A DNA stretch of 64,000 nucleotides from Bacteroidota bacterium (GCA_021324735.1 JAJPIO010000008.1:22508-86507); one strand, 5' to 3'; positions 1-10,384 are shown, numbered from the stretch's first letter. Program-made: numbers and translations. The notes: generated by a model from the letters alone, not told the origin.

Positions 1-406
1 CAATTCCAATGATCGCGCTTTTCATTTGCAAGCCATTCCACTGTGCCTCGAGCAATAAGCCCGATATTTTTTTACCTCGAAAGAATATATCATTGGGCCA
101 TTTAAGACGAAAGGCATGCTCAGGTTCTCCGGCATCCCGGGCAAGGCGCCGCAAGGCGTCCAATACGGCGATCGCGGCGCGATACTGTAGCAGATGCGCT
201 GGCTCCGGAATATCCTTCAGAATGACACTAAAAAGGAGAGAAGCACCCGGTTCATCATTCCACACGCGCCCTGCGCCCCGACCACGTCCTGCCGTTTGAT
301 GGCGGGCCTGCACAACATCCCCATGCTCTGCAATTCCTTGCGCAAGCCGTTCGCTCGCTAAGGAATTCGTCGAGTTGACTTCATCGTATTCGATGATGTT
401 CCACAT
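1..406 (-). CDS. birA: Biotin--[acetyl-CoA-carboxylase] ligase, 5' part (runs off window start)
   Basis: Not in the ORF track; manual translation from ATG at 406 gives MWNIIEYDEVNSTN...HQTAGRGRGAGRVW...LKWPNDIFFRGKKISGLLLE, with the BPL motifs STN, QTAGRGR, KWPND and GKK. No N-terminal HTH. Confidence 0.93.
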   Translation of the reverse strand, partial: MWNIIEYDEVNSTNSLASERLAQGIAEHGDVVQARHQTAGRGRGAGRVWNDEPGASLLFSVILKDIPEPAHLLQYRAAIAVLDALRRLARDAGEPEHAFRLKWPNDIFFRGKKISGLLLEAQWNGLQMKSAIIGI

Positions 407-511
407 AGTCGGTGGGGAATCCGGGAATAGATGGAAATAAACACGAAGAGGAAAAATGTGATTCACAAAAGCGGGAAAAGTAGTGTTGCATAATGACAAG
501 AGAATAAATTC

Positions 512-1912
512 ATGGTAGTGTATAAATTTGGTGGTGCCTTGGGTCGCTCGCGTCGAGGGTTAGATGCGCTGGTAAAGATCGTCCGCGAAGCAGCTCGTCG
601 TGAAACGACGAGAATGCACCGAAGCAAGAGATCGGGAGAGATCCATGGTGTCGTATTGGTCGCCAGTGCGATCGGCCATACGACACGTCACCTCGCTCGG
701 GCGGCAGAACTGGCGGAGGATGGAAGACTCGAAGAAGCCGAAGAACTATTAGGACGTGCCGTTGCACAGCACGAACAATTAGCAATTTCTCTTGGGCTCG
801 GCGAAGACGATCTCTTTGAAGAGTTGGAGTCGATCTTGAGAGATGTCGCTTCGCTTTTAGAAGGCATTACGATCGTTCGCGAGGTGTCGCAGCGCACCCG
901 CGACGCCGTGCTTGCATGTGGCGAACGGTTCGCCATTGCCCTTATTGAAGCGCTCTTAACGTATCACGATCTTCCGGTTCGTACCGTCGATGCAAAAGAA
1001 GTTATCGTTACAGACGAAAATTTTGGGTATGCCGCGCCGATCACAGAAGAGGTGTCAAAGGCAGTCCACAAAGTGATCGTCCCGCAACTTAAACGGGGGC
1101 ATATTGTACTGTTACAAGGATTCGTCGGAGCAACACGCGATGGCATTACGACGACGATGGGAAGTGAAAGCTCGGATCTTACGGCAACGCTTGTTGCAAG
1201 CGTACTTCGCGCCGAAGAAGTGGTGATTTGGAAGACACTTCCGGGCCTCTACACAGCCGATCCCGAATTAGTAAAAAGTCCAAAGCTAATAAAGTCATTG
1301 AGTTTTGAAGAGGCGGAAGAAATGGGCCGTCGTGGCGCTCGCGTACTCTTTCCCGCCTTTGCGCATCCGCTCACACAGGACGAACACGAGACGATAGTAC
1401 GCATCGCAACACCCTTTGGTAAATCGTCCCACCACACAGTATTACAACGCGAACCACCTCGTTCAACGGGTACTCGTAGCGGCCTTGCACTTGCGATCGA
1501 GCAGCGGTTAATCCCGATCGTCGTTCGAGAAAGTGGCAGATCGGCGGGCGCGGGCGCTCATCAGCGGGAAGCACGAGCGCAAAAAGCGCTGGCACGTGCT
1601 GCGATGACCTGGAGATCGCAAAGTGAAACACATGCGCTCATTCGAAGGGAAGACCGGCGTTCCATCGTGAGGGATCTTACAGCCGGCGGTTATTCCATCA
1701 CCGAAAGCGCTCCCCAAAGTGCTCTTTCGCTTATTTTACGTAAAAGAAGTACGGAAGACGACGGCTCAACGCTAAGCGCTATCACTCGCAGCCTTCGATC
1801 GTTTCCCATACAGGCGATCGTGCCGGCGGGACGCAGCCTCATCACGCTCGTCAACGACTCCGAGGGACTATCGGCTTTAAGAAAGCTGCATCATGACTTG
1901 TTCGAGACTTAA
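512..1912 (+). CDS. Aspartokinase-family protein with divergent motifs
   Basis: N-terminal VYKFGG, D..LACGERF, QGFVG..G.TTT, LYTADP, LSFEEAEEM..GARVL. The GRGGSD and TDVDG motifs are altered. Confidence 0.85.
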   Translation: MVVYKFGGALGRSRRGLDALVKIVREAARRETTRMHRSKRSGEIHGVVLVASAIGHTTRHLARAAELAEDGRLEEAEELLGRAVAQHEQLAISLGLGEDDLFEELESILRDVASLLEGITIVREVSQRTRDAVLACGERFAIALIEALLTYHDLPVRTVDAKEVIVTDENFGYAAPITEEVSKAVHKVIVPQLKRGHIVLLQGFVGATRDGITTTMGSESSDLTATLVASVLRAEEVVIWKTLPGLYTADPELVKSPKLIKSLSFEEAEEMGRRGARVLFPAFAHPLTQDEHETIVRIATPFGKSSHHTVLQREPPRSTGTRSGLALAIEQRLIPIVVRESGRSAGAGAHQREARAQKALARAAMTWRSQSETHALIRREDRRSIVRDLTAGGYSITESAPQSALSLILRKRSTEDDGSTLSAITRSLRSFPIQAIVPAGRSLITLVNDSEGLSALRKLHHDLFET

Positions 1913-1996
1913 CAGCCCCTTATGGATCGCCTCTAACCACCTCGGAATTCTTTCGGGGTCGGTTTGTTCCTATGCCTCTCAAAAACAGGGAAATAG

Positions 1997-2401
1997 ATGT
2001 TCACTTTAGTGGTAATCCTGATCGTCCTCGTCTGCATCGTGCTGACGATGGTCATTTTGTCGCAATCTTCAAAGGGCGATGGCCTGGCTGGCGCATTGGG
2101 TGCGCCGGGCTCTGTCGGGGCGGTCTTCGGTGTTCGCCGTGCCTCCGATTTCCTTCAACGGACCACGATCTGGCTGGGTGGCATCTTTGTCGTTCTCTGC
2201 ATTTTTGCTAATCTTTTCTTTCTTCCGACTGGAAATAAGATCCCGAGCGCCGTTCAAGGCGGAAAAGCACCGACACCGATGACCCAACCGGCGCCGGCAC
2301 CGGTCCAGCAGTCGGCTCCTGCTGCACAGCCACCTTCGGGTGCCCAACCAGGGACCGGACAGACCAATCCGGATAACTCGCCAATGCCGCCGAAAAAATA
2401 A
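1997..2401 (+). CDS. secG: Preprotein translocase subunit SecG
   Basis: Two TM segments, ILSQSSKGDGLAG, FG..ASDFLQRTTIWLG, Pro/Gln-rich tail. Confidence 0.92.
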   Translation: MFTLVVILIVLVCIVLTMVILSQSSKGDGLAGALGAPGSVGAVFGVRRASDFLQRTTIWLGGIFVVLCIFANLFFLPTGNKIPSAVQGGKAPTPMTQPAPAPVQQSAPAAQPPSGAQPGTGQTNPDNSPMPPKK

Positions 2402-2421
2402 GATTTTTTAATCGCTGGATT

Positions 2422-2454
2422 AAAGGGCCGATCACTTCGGTCCTTTGTGTTTTT
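2422..2454 (+). terminator. Intrinsic terminator after secG
   Basis: aaagggccga-tcact-tcggtccttt hairpin followed by gtgttttt. Confidence 0.65.
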
Positions 2455-2551
2455 AAAGAACGCCAGAAGCTAATTAAAGAACATCGGAAGCTAACTTTCG
2501 AAAAAGATAGTTAGCCCTATGCATTCCATAGGAATGATGCCCGCCCACACT

Positions 2552-3709
2552 ATGAAAGTCGAATTCTATAAGCACCCGCTCGGAGAAGAGGAAATAGCCA
2601 GTCTTGCCGAAGTTCTGCACTCCACGTTCTTAACGACCGGACCAAAGACCAAGCAATTCGAAGCCGATTTTGCCCACATGATGCGGGCTAAATATGCCGT
2701 CGGCGTCACCAGTTGGACGATGGGCGGATTTATCGCGCTCAAAGCACTCGGCATCGGACCTGGCGATGAGGTCATCACTACGCCGATGACCTTTATGGCG
2801 ACCGGCAACATCATCATCGAATGTGGCGCAACGCCGGTGTTCGTCGATGTCGAGCCGGAAACGGGAAATATCTCGTGTGATGAGATAGTAAAGGCAATCA
2901 CACCGCGCACGAAAGCTATCTTGCCGGTCCACCTGTATGGGCAAATGTGTGATATGCGGCGAATGCAAGAGATCGCGCGAGAGTATAAGCTTTTTATTGT
3001 AGAAGACTGCGCGCATTGCGTGGAAGGTGAACGCGATGGTATCAAGCCGGGCGAAGCCTCCGACATGGCGGTCTTCAGTTTTTATGCGACGAAGAATCTT
3101 GCCTCCGGTGAAGGCGGTGCGATCACGACGAACTCCGAAGAGCTCTACGACAAATTGCTGAAGCTGCGATTGCACGGCATGAATAAATCCGCGGCCGACC
3201 GCTACACAGCCCGCTTCAAACATTACGACATGGAAGTGCTCGGTTATAAGTGCAATATGTTCGACCTGCAAGCAGCTATGCTGTTGCCACAGCTCCCGAG
3301 GCTTGAAGAACGCTTGGCACGCCGAGAATATATTTGCCGCCGATATGAAGAGGCGTTTAAGAACGTAGAAGGTATTTCGTATCCTTCGGTACTACCGAAT
3401 TCGATCCATGCAAGGCATCTCTTTACGTTCTGGGTCGATCCGAGCATTCGCGATCTGGTGCTCAGCGATCTACAGGACCGGGGAATCGGTGTCGCGGTAA
3501 ATTTCCGCTCGATCAACCGGCTAACCTATTACAAAGAGCATTTCAAGGTGCCGGAAGGTACCTTCCCAGTGGCAGAGCGTATCGGCGATTCAACGATCAC
3601 GCTGCCGCTTTACACCAAACTTACCGATGAAGAGATCGATTATGTGATCGAGCAGACGATCGAATCGGTCCAGATGCTTTCACGAACCGAGCAGTTAAGC
3701 GCCGCATAA
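2552..3709 (+). CDS. DegT/DnrJ/EryC1/StrS PLP-dependent sugar aminotransferase
   Basis: GIGPGDEVIT, PVHLYGQ, EDCAH, FSFYATKNL.GEGG. Start taken at MKVEF. Confidence 0.93.
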   Translation: MKVEFYKHPLGEEEIASLAEVLHSTFLTTGPKTKQFEADFAHMMRAKYAVGVTSWTMGGFIALKALGIGPGDEVITTPMTFMATGNIIIECGATPVFVDVEPETGNISCDEIVKAITPRTKAILPVHLYGQMCDMRRMQEIAREYKLFIVEDCAHCVEGERDGIKPGEASDMAVFSFYATKNLASGEGGAITTNSEELYDKLLKLRLHGMNKSAADRYTARFKHYDMEVLGYKCNMFDLQAAMLLPQLPRLEERLARREYICRRYEEAFKNVEGISYPSVLPNSIHARHLFTFWVDPSIRDLVLSDLQDRGIGVAVNFRSINRLTYYKEHFKVPEGTFPVAERIGDSTITLPLYTKLTDEEIDYVIEQTIESVQMLSRTEQLSAA

Positions 3710-3712
3710 CCT

Positions 3713-5791
3713 ATGGATCACCCGCGTCCCGGGCATGATCTTCGAACGAGTCTCATTCTCGCCGTAGTAGCTGTTGCGCTCTTTATCTTCGAGAGCCAGC
3801 TCTTTGGCTATCCACTTGCCGTGGGTGTTGATGCATTCGTACTCGCGTTCGTAATATTCATACCTGGGTTTGCCGCTACGCGATTATTTAAGTTATCGCG
3901 TGAGATATCGCTTGGCCCCTTCGAGACGATCTCACTTTCTGGTGCGATCGGGTTTGGTTTAGCTTCGCTGTTCGCTCTCCTAAAATGGGAGTATGGCTTT
4001 CCGATCCGGTCTCTCTATATCGGCTTTGTAGTTGGAAGTGTGATAGCACTTGCCTTTCCCAAGGGTCGTAAGGTTTGGTATCCGGTTGCAGAGTCATTGC
4101 CTGTTTTATTTATATCGCTTATCGGCGTTCTTTGCCTTCTTGCGATCAGCAGTCTTCCCAATCTTCGATTCTTAAGCGATGGTGCGATCCAAACCCGTGG
4201 ATTATTCGGCGTTGATATTCCATTCCTTGCGGGTGAAATTCACGGTATTCGCGATTTTCACGCATTACGTGACCTCCATCAATCGGCGCAGGCGTGGAGC
4301 TATCACGATTGGACCTATCAATTACTCGCTCTTCTTCCGCGCGAGCGAACGATAGACGACGTTGCTCTTGCCTCACCGATCGTTGGTTATACACTCCTTG
4401 CCGTTTCCATTTTTGCATTAGTATTACGGCTAACTAAGCGCAAGTACACCGCTGGTGTTTCGGTAATTGTCTGGTTCGTAGTAAGTGGATTGAATGGCGG
4501 AGAGCTTGGAAGCTACGCGCTTAGCCCCTCGTTCGTTTATGGTAGTGTTCTATTCTTAAATGCACTGCTTGTTGTAGATACTCTTCTGAAAGCGAATAAG
4601 CGCCAACAGTGGATCTATGTTGTCGTACTGGCTTTTCTACTTATAGTTCTTCTTCATACGAAGCTCACTTCATTCCTGGTGCTTCTTATTGGGCTGGGAC
4701 TCCTCGGGCTTTTAGGACTTAGGCGAAGGCCTTATCAGTCGTTAGCGATCCTTGGTGCTTGTGTGATAGCGGTTCTTGTATTCGCTTTTCAAATGTCATC
4801 ACCGAACAGGTTCATGCCGGGCGGCGATTTTCTCATCGGTGCGCCGCTCCTTGGTTATGCGAATCATGTTGCGGCGGCATTGCACCAGCCTGTTTCGTCA
4901 TTCAACCCTGTGTCGGTCGGCCTTCACTTGAAGTGGCAGAGCATCTTGATACTACCATACTTCTTATTTTATTTTCTCCGCTTCGTCGTTCAAGAGCCGA
5001 AACTGCTCGCGGTAATTATTATCATCGCGCTTTTTGGTAAGGTGCTGTGGAAAGAATCGGGTGAGCTTGCTAAGTTGCTGCTCATCATGGTACCGCTCGG
5101 ATTTTTATTGCCGGTCCTCTACTCGCCGGCATGGTATCCGCTGGCTCTTTCCTTCTATGCGCCGCTTGTTAGTTTGCAGGCGGCGGTGATTCTTCTATCC
5201 ATTGCATTTGGTATCCTGAGCCAACGAGAGGTTACTCGTTTCAAAAAAGCAGGAATGGGGTTAGTCGGGATCGTTCTCGTTATCGGTTTTGGAATGAACG
5301 CTCACTCGGTGGCATCAGCCGAATCGATCAAAGCCGATATCGTACCAGCGTGCTCGGTGCAAGCAATGCACTATCTTACCTCCGTTACAAACGATTCGAG
5401 TATTATCGCGACCCACCGATTCGATCTCGATACTACAAAGGATGAATCGTTCTATTGGTATTCGGCTCTATCCGGGCGAGCGGTTATTTCGGAGGGGGCA
5501 AAATACGGTTCGCTGCTTTCAGCCGTGGCCGATACCAATTCAGAAAAGGGCCTTCATCCGATACCGGACGCCCGGCAACTGCTCCTCACCCATCGCGCGT
5601 GGCTGGATACGATCTATATTTCGAACGACCCTGAGCGGGTCCATTCTGCCCTGGCAGCCTCGAAAGTCTCCTATATTCTGCAAAATCCTTCAAAAAACGA
5701 GCATTTGGCGATCGACCTGCATTCGGTCGCAGATTCCATTTTTGCTTGTCAGGACTGCATAATCTGGCATGTCCGCAGCGCTAACCCTTAG
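3713..5791 (+). CDS. Polytopic membrane protein with C-terminal soluble domain (possible GT-C-like glycan-modifying enzyme)
   Basis: More than 12 hydrophobic segments; starts 3 bp after the aminotransferase. Function inferred from context only. Confidence 0.6.
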   Translation: MDHPRPGHDLRTSLILAVVAVALFIFESQLFGYPLAVGVDAFVLAFVIFIPGFAATRLFKLSREISLGPFETISLSGAIGFGLASLFALLKWEYGFPIRSLYIGFVVGSVIALAFPKGRKVWYPVAESLPVLFISLIGVLCLLAISSLPNLRFLSDGAIQTRGLFGVDIPFLAGEIHGIRDFHALRDLHQSAQAWSYHDWTYQLLALLPRERTIDDVALASPIVGYTLLAVSIFALVLRLTKRKYTAGVSVIVWFVVSGLNGGELGSYALSPSFVYGSVLFLNALLVVDTLLKANKRQQWIYVVVLAFLLIVLLHTKLTSFLVLLIGLGLLGLLGLRRRPYQSLAILGACVIAVLVFAFQMSSPNRFMPGGDFLIGAPLLGYANHVAAALHQPVSSFNPVSVGLHLKWQSILILPYFLFYFLRFVVQEPKLLAVIIIIALFGKVLWKESGELAKLLLIMVPLGFLLPVLYSPAWYPLALSFYAPLVSLQAAVILLSIAFGILSQREVTRFKKAGMGLVGIVLVIGFGMNAHSVASAESIKADIVPACSVQAMHYLTSVTNDSSIIATHRFDLDTTKDESFYWYSALSGRAVISEGAKYGSLLSAVADTNSEKGLHPIPDARQLLLTHRAWLDTIYISNDPERVHSALAASKVSYILQNPSKNEHLAIDLHSVADSIFACQDCIIWHVRSANP

Positions 5792-5880
5792 AACTTCTTG
5801 ATTTGGAGGGCTGTTAGGCGCGTCTCTTGCCCAGAAGGCGTCATTCCGGCGCAGTTCTATGGCGAGAATAAGGAAATTGG

Positions 5881-6300
5881 ATGGAAAACGAACTTGCTAC
5901 TGTGGATGAAAAGTCATCCTCCTCTCTGACAAAACTCTATGTCGGCAGCCTGCCTTATAGCTGGACGGCCGAACAACTCGAAGATATGTTCAAGCCCTTT
6001 GGCCGCGTCACCAGCGCAGCCGTTGTTGCGGATCAGCTTACCCGCCGTTCGAAAGGCTTCGGATTTGTGGAATTCGAATCGGGTGATGATGCACAGAAGG
6101 CAATGAGCGAGCTTAACGGTCGTGAGATCGAAGGCCGTAACCTTGCAGTCCGTGAAGCACGCCCGCATGTGGATCGCTCGAACGTAGATCGTGGAGCTTC
6201 CCCGCGCTTTGCGCGCGAGCAGGTCGCAACGTCGTTCGATAATAACGATTCGACCGATACCACGGGCCGCTCCTATGGTAACCGCCGCGGTTGGTGGTGA
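5881..6300 (+). CDS. RRM-domain RNA-binding protein
   Basis: RNP2 LYVGSL, RNP1 KGFGFVEF, LNGREIEGRNLAVREA. Confidence 0.93.
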   Translation: MENELATVDEKSSSSLTKLYVGSLPYSWTAEQLEDMFKPFGRVTSAAVVADQLTRRSKGFGFVEFESGDDAQKAMSELNGREIEGRNLAVREARPHVDRSNVDRGASPRFAREQVATSFDNNDSTDTTGRSYGNRRGWW

Positions 6301-6314
6301 GAATGAGAATCCAT

Positions 6315-6365
6315 AACCTGGATTTGCAGGATTAGATGGATTTTCAGGATCGATCTTAAAGGATT
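6315..6365. repeat. GGATT-periodic intergenic repeat, copy 1
   Basis: aacctggatttgcaggattagatggattttcaggatcgatcttaaaggatt aligns without gaps to 53986-54036; 9-nt GGATT periodicity. Confidence 0.75.
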
Positions 6366-6398
6366 AATAAGAAAGGCGCTTTAAGCGCCTTTCTTATT
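6366..6398. terminator. Perfect 16-bp inverted repeat, likely bidirectional terminator between convergent genes
   Basis: aataagaaaggcgctt-t-aagcgcctttcttatt; overlaps the ferredoxin stop codon. Confidence 0.7.
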
Positions 6399-6731
6399 TA
6401 CGTTCTGGTTGTATTTGGGGTCCGTGATCAAAAGACGCTCGACTGGCTTACCACCAATAATGTGAGATTCCATGATCTCCGGTACATCGTCTACAGACAC
6501 ACCGCCATACCAAATACCCTCAGGATATACAACTACAGAAGGACCATACGAGCAGGCATCGAGGCAACCCGATTGATTCGCCCGCACTTCGCCTCGTAAG
6601 CCACGCTGTTTGATCTCGCGTTTCATCGCTTGCCGAATTTCGGCCGATCCCTTGGCTGCACAACAACCTTTCGGATCGTCTTCCGGACGAACGTTCTCAC
6701 AAACGAAGATATGATGTTTGAATCGTTGCAA
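6381..6731 (-). CDS. Thioredoxin-like [2Fe-2S] ferredoxin
   Basis: HIFVCEN...GCC...SGCLDACSYGPSVVVYPEGIWYG. TTG start at 6731 preceded by AGGA. Confidence 0.88.
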   Translation of the reverse strand: MQRFKHHIFVCENVRPEDDPKGCCAAKGSAEIRQAMKREIKQRGLRGEVRANQSGCLDACSYGPSVVVYPEGIWYGGVSVDDVPEIMESHIIGGKPVERLLITDPKYNQNVNKKGA

Positions 6732-6742
6732 TCGTGTATTCC

Positions 6743-7375
6743 TTAATCTCTGATGTCGATCACTTTCGTACTGGCTTTGGGCTTGAAAACAAAATCGGAT
6801 GCTCGGAGCGTGCGGAGGCTTTCGATCTTTAATCCCTGAGTTTCCGTTGCGCCTCGTGAACTCGCTGCACGTGCCGATACGATCTTCCAACGCTTTCCTT
6901 GCTTTTTTACATCGAGTACCAACTTCTGCATGTTACCCGCGGCCTTCAGTAAAGACTGTAACTTTTGAGAAGGAGTAAGTTCTAATGTATAATGATCCCC
7001 AGGCTCTGTTTTTACTATGGTAGCTGTGTAATTATCCGCAAATCGGAACAGCGCGGATGCTTCCTTATAAGAAGAGGTCGGACCTACATTATCGACCGTG
7101 ACTTGGTCGATCTTCTTGTCGTAATTCCAAACCGATCTTCCATCCGATAGGATGAGTAGGGATGGACTCTCCACCCGAATGTGGTTCGCTTTCGTATCGG
7201 CAATAATATGAATGTGTCCCTCGCTCGCAATAGTAAAGCTGAGTGAGACGCCGGGTGATGCAAGCAGTTGGTCCTGTAATTTCCGGGCGAGCGATTCGGG
7301 GGTCTCATTCGCAAAGGAAGTACCAAATAGAAATATCGAAAATAGAAAAAGTAAATAGATCCGGCGCTGCAACAT
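6743..7375 (-). CDS. LolA-like outer-membrane lipoprotein carrier
   Basis: Signal peptide, RVESPSLLILSDGRSVWNYDKKIDQVTV, LTP, C-terminal FVFKP...VIDIR. Confidence 0.75.
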   Translation of the reverse strand: MLQRRIYLLFLFSIFLFGTSFANETPESLARKLQDQLLASPGVSLSFTIASEGHIHIIADTKANHIRVESPSLLILSDGRSVWNYDKKIDQVTVDNVGPTSSYKEASALFRFADNYTATIVKTEPGDHYTLELTPSQKLQSLLKAAGNMQKLVLDVKKQGKRWKIVSARAASSRGATETQGLKIESLRTLRASDFVFKPKASTKVIDIRD

Positions 7376-7425
7376 TATCTCCGAAGAATACGTAGCGTTA
7401 CGAGAGAGTTTCATTGTCGTCGAAT

Positions 7426-9714
7426 ATGCCTTTCGTTCCGCATCATTGCTTCCTCGCTACGTGTGTCGCTATTTTGCTTTCCGCAATGGTGCCGCAGGCC
7501 ATCGCGCAGATCGATGCAACAAGCGATACATCCTTCCATCCCATTCTCCATCCAAGGCTTGAGGTGCACCGCCGAGCGGGGCCGATCGTAATTGATGGCG
7601 ATCTCTCCGATTCTGCATGGCGCATGGCCGCCCACACCGATGTGTTCACCTGTTGTGCTCCCCATCCTAATACTCATCCTCCGGTACGGACTGAAGCGTT
7701 CGTCACCTATGACGATGATGCCTTATATGTCGCTATGATCGCGCACGATCCGCATCCGGAACAGATCCGAAGCTCGATGATCGGGCGAGACAATATCTTT
7801 GCTGACGATTTTATGGGTATCATTCTCGATACGTACGGCGATGCCACGCGTGCGTTCGAGATTTATTTAAATCCGCGCGGCGTCCAGGGAGACCTGTACT
7901 GGAGCGGTACCAACGAGGACATGACCTACGATCTCATTTATGAGGGGGAGTCCAAGATCACAGCCGATGGCTGGCAAATGGAGATGCGGATCCCGTTTAG
8001 AAGCCTTCGATTCCCAAATGCTTCCATACAAAATTTTCACGCTGCGTTTTGGCGGAGCTATCCCCGAGAAGTCGTTTATAAGCTTTCATCCGCGCCGATC
8101 GACTTTCGTCTGCCTTGTTGGTTCTGCCAATTTGGTACGCTCGCCGGAATTGATAATATTCCTCATTCAAACTCCTTCGCGTTCCTTCCATCACTTGCAG
8201 CATCACAATCTGCTGCGGTTACCGATGTGTTGCAGCCCTCTCCACTTATCAATGACCCCGTAACCGTTAAACCATCTCTTGGAATTAGCTACGGACTGGG
8301 TCCCGCAAGTTCGATCGAGGCGACCATCAATCCGGATTTTAGTCAGGTCGAAGCCGATGCAGCACAGGTAAGTGTCAACACCACATTCGCGCTCCTTTAC
8401 CCGGAGCACCGTCCGTTTTTTCAGGATGGCAGCGATCTTTTTAACACGTACCTGAGCGCGATCTACACCCGGTCCATCGACGACCCGCTTGGGGCAGTAA
8501 AAATATTGCACCGCGATCCGACCCTCAGTATCGGATATTTAGGCGGCTACGATCGGCATACTCCTGTGATCATCCCACTGGAAGAAAAGAGCGTTGTAAT
8601 ACCGGATGCCGGAACAAGCTACTCGAACATTCTTCGAATTGCAAAGACGACCGGTGAGGATAGCTACTTTGGCGCTCTGGTCACGGACCGCCGCTATGAC
8701 GATCGTGGATCGAACACTGTTGTGGGGCTGGACGGCCGAGTTCGACTTTTCGAAAATGTTGCGCTGTTCGGTCAAGGCCTCTGGGGCGGAACGACGGAAT
8801 CTAACTCCCATACAGTTGGCTCGACCGATTTGTTTGCAAATGGACTTCATACAGTCGAATATGATGGTGAGCACTTCAATGGTACGGCATCAGACCTTGT
8901 GCTCGAACGCCTCACCACAAATCTGGACGGTCACCTCGAATATTCGGAGACCAGTCCATCGTTCCGTGCCGGGAATGGCTTCATTTTTAATAATAATCTT
9001 CAAAGCGTGCTTGCGTGGACCAAATATAAGGTCCCGCTGCTGGCGCCTCCCAGTTGGCTTGCCCGGATCGTTGAGATCGATCCGATGGTAACGGGACTGT
9101 ACACGTGGAATTTTGAGGACGTCACAAAATTGCGTGCTTTACGACCGCAGATCAGTTTCGACCTCATCGGTCAGACCAGTGTACGATTCTATTATCGTTT
9201 TTATACCGAACAATTTAAGGAAGTTCTTTTTCCGGGACTGACACAATGGGACTTCTACTTCAATACCGCCTTCGATGCCCACGTCTCTTTGAATGGCGAA
9301 ATAACGGCCGGTCGCTCTATAGCGCGAACGTCGGACGTTCCATTTGCCGGTACCGGTATCGATGTGACGGCATCCGCCAGCCTCAAGCCGGCCGGGAGTC
9401 TGCTCGTAGAGCCAACCTATTTGTTTTCACAACTGACACGCGATGATGGCTCGACCTATTATTCGGGTTCGATCTATCGCTCAAGAGTTACCTATCAATT
9501 CACTCGCGAACTCGATGCTCGGGTCATCTTTCAATATAACGGATTCGACCAACAACTGCAGATCGATCCGTTGGTAACATACAAGGTAAACCCCTTTACA
9601 AGTTTTTATTTGGGTTCGACTCACAATTTCGCCTCACTGACCGGAACTCCTACATCCCTTCGACCGACGGAGCGGCAATTCTTTGCGAAGGTCCAGTACC
9701 TTCTCGAAGGATGA
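7426..9714 (+). CDS. CBM9-like / DUF5916-type outer-membrane protein
   Basis: IDGDLSD..W, YDDDALYV, GWQMEMRIPF.SLRF, TINPDFSQVEAD, YPEHRPFF, C-terminal FFAKVQY. Confidence 0.85.
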   Translation: MPFVPHHCFLATCVAILLSAMVPQAIAQIDATSDTSFHPILHPRLEVHRRAGPIVIDGDLSDSAWRMAAHTDVFTCCAPHPNTHPPVRTEAFVTYDDDALYVAMIAHDPHPEQIRSSMIGRDNIFADDFMGIILDTYGDATRAFEIYLNPRGVQGDLYWSGTNEDMTYDLIYEGESKITADGWQMEMRIPFRSLRFPNASIQNFHAAFWRSYPREVVYKLSSAPIDFRLPCWFCQFGTLAGIDNIPHSNSFAFLPSLAASQSAAVTDVLQPSPLINDPVTVKPSLGISYGLGPASSIEATINPDFSQVEADAAQVSVNTTFALLYPEHRPFFQDGSDLFNTYLSAIYTRSIDDPLGAVKILHRDPTLSIGYLGGYDRHTPVIIPLEEKSVVIPDAGTSYSNILRIAKTTGEDSYFGALVTDRRYDDRGSNTVVGLDGRVRLFENVALFGQGLWGGTTESNSHTVGSTDLFANGLHTVEYDGEHFNGTASDLVLERLTTNLDGHLEYSETSPSFRAGNGFIFNNNLQSVLAWTKYKVPLLAPPSWLARIVEIDPMVTGLYTWNFEDVTKLRALRPQISFDLIGQTSVRFYYRFYTEQFKEVLFPGLTQWDFYFNTAFDAHVSLNGEITAGRSIARTSDVPFAGTGIDVTASASLKPAGSLLVEPTYLFSQLTRDDGSTYYSGSIYRSRVTYQFTRELDARVIFQYNGFDQQLQIDPLVTYKVNPFTSFYLGSTHNFASLTGTPTSLRPTERQFFAKVQYLLEG

Positions 9715-9721
9715 GATCCCG

Positions 9722-10351
9722 TTAGGGAGCAAACTGTTGCAATAGTGCTTCTTTGCAGTCCACCCATTCTTCGAGTGTCATCGCGAAGATATGGGTATCC
9801 TGCCAAGCACCGCCGAGAAACAGCCCGCGAATTGCCGTCCCCTCAAATCGCAATCCAAGCTTCTCGGGAATTCGTAAGCTCTGTTCGTTTTCGATAGCGA
9901 TCCACAACGAAATACGGTGGAGCTTCAGGAAATCGAATGCATATTCCATCGCTAGTACGACTGCTTCCGTCGCATAACCATGCTTCACATAGGGTAGTCC
10001 TATCCAGTATCCGATGAAGCACGATTGAGATACACCACGAATGATCTGAGTAAGCCCTATCTGCCCAATGATCTCGCCCGTTTCGTGTAGCGTGATGAAG
10101 AACCGGTAATCGGAGCCGTCTTCCCATTTATCCAGCGCAGCCAAAATATGTTCACGTGCTGAACGACGAGCAGCAGACTCGGAATCTTCAATTACAGTAG
10201 GCGGCGACCACGGCTCGAGATGGCCCTTATACGATGCCGAAAAAAGCTTGGAATATTCGTCAGCATCCTGCAAGCGATATTGTCGAAGAACGATCCGCTG
10301 GGATTCTATTGCTTTCGGGACGCGGTCCGGCGCGCGAAATTCTTCCAGCAT
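9722..10351 (-). CDS. RimJ/RimL-family GNAT acetyltransferase
   Basis: IGYWIG...GYATEA, LKLHRI, EN..S..IPEKLGLRFEG, WQD. Confidence 0.9.
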   Translation of the reverse strand: MLEEFRAPDRVPKAIESQRIVLRQYRLQDADEYSKLFSASYKGHLEPWSPPTVIEDSESAARRSAREHILAALDKWEDGSDYRFFITLHETGEIIGQIGLTQIIRGVSQSCFIGYWIGLPYVKHGYATEAVVLAMEYAFDFLKLHRISLWIAIENEQSLRIPEKLGLRFEGTAIRGLFLGGAWQDTHIFAMTLEEWVDCKEALLQQFAP

Positions 10352-10384
10352 AGATCGTACTTCGTTCGTCAGAGGTAATGTGCG

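Noticed and set aside
6732-6890. N-terminal extensions given by the ORF track (ferredoxin to 6890; also cyc2 to 28774 and 34309, topA from 45934)
   Set aside because: They overlap neighbouring genes or precede better starts supported by an RBS or signal peptide.
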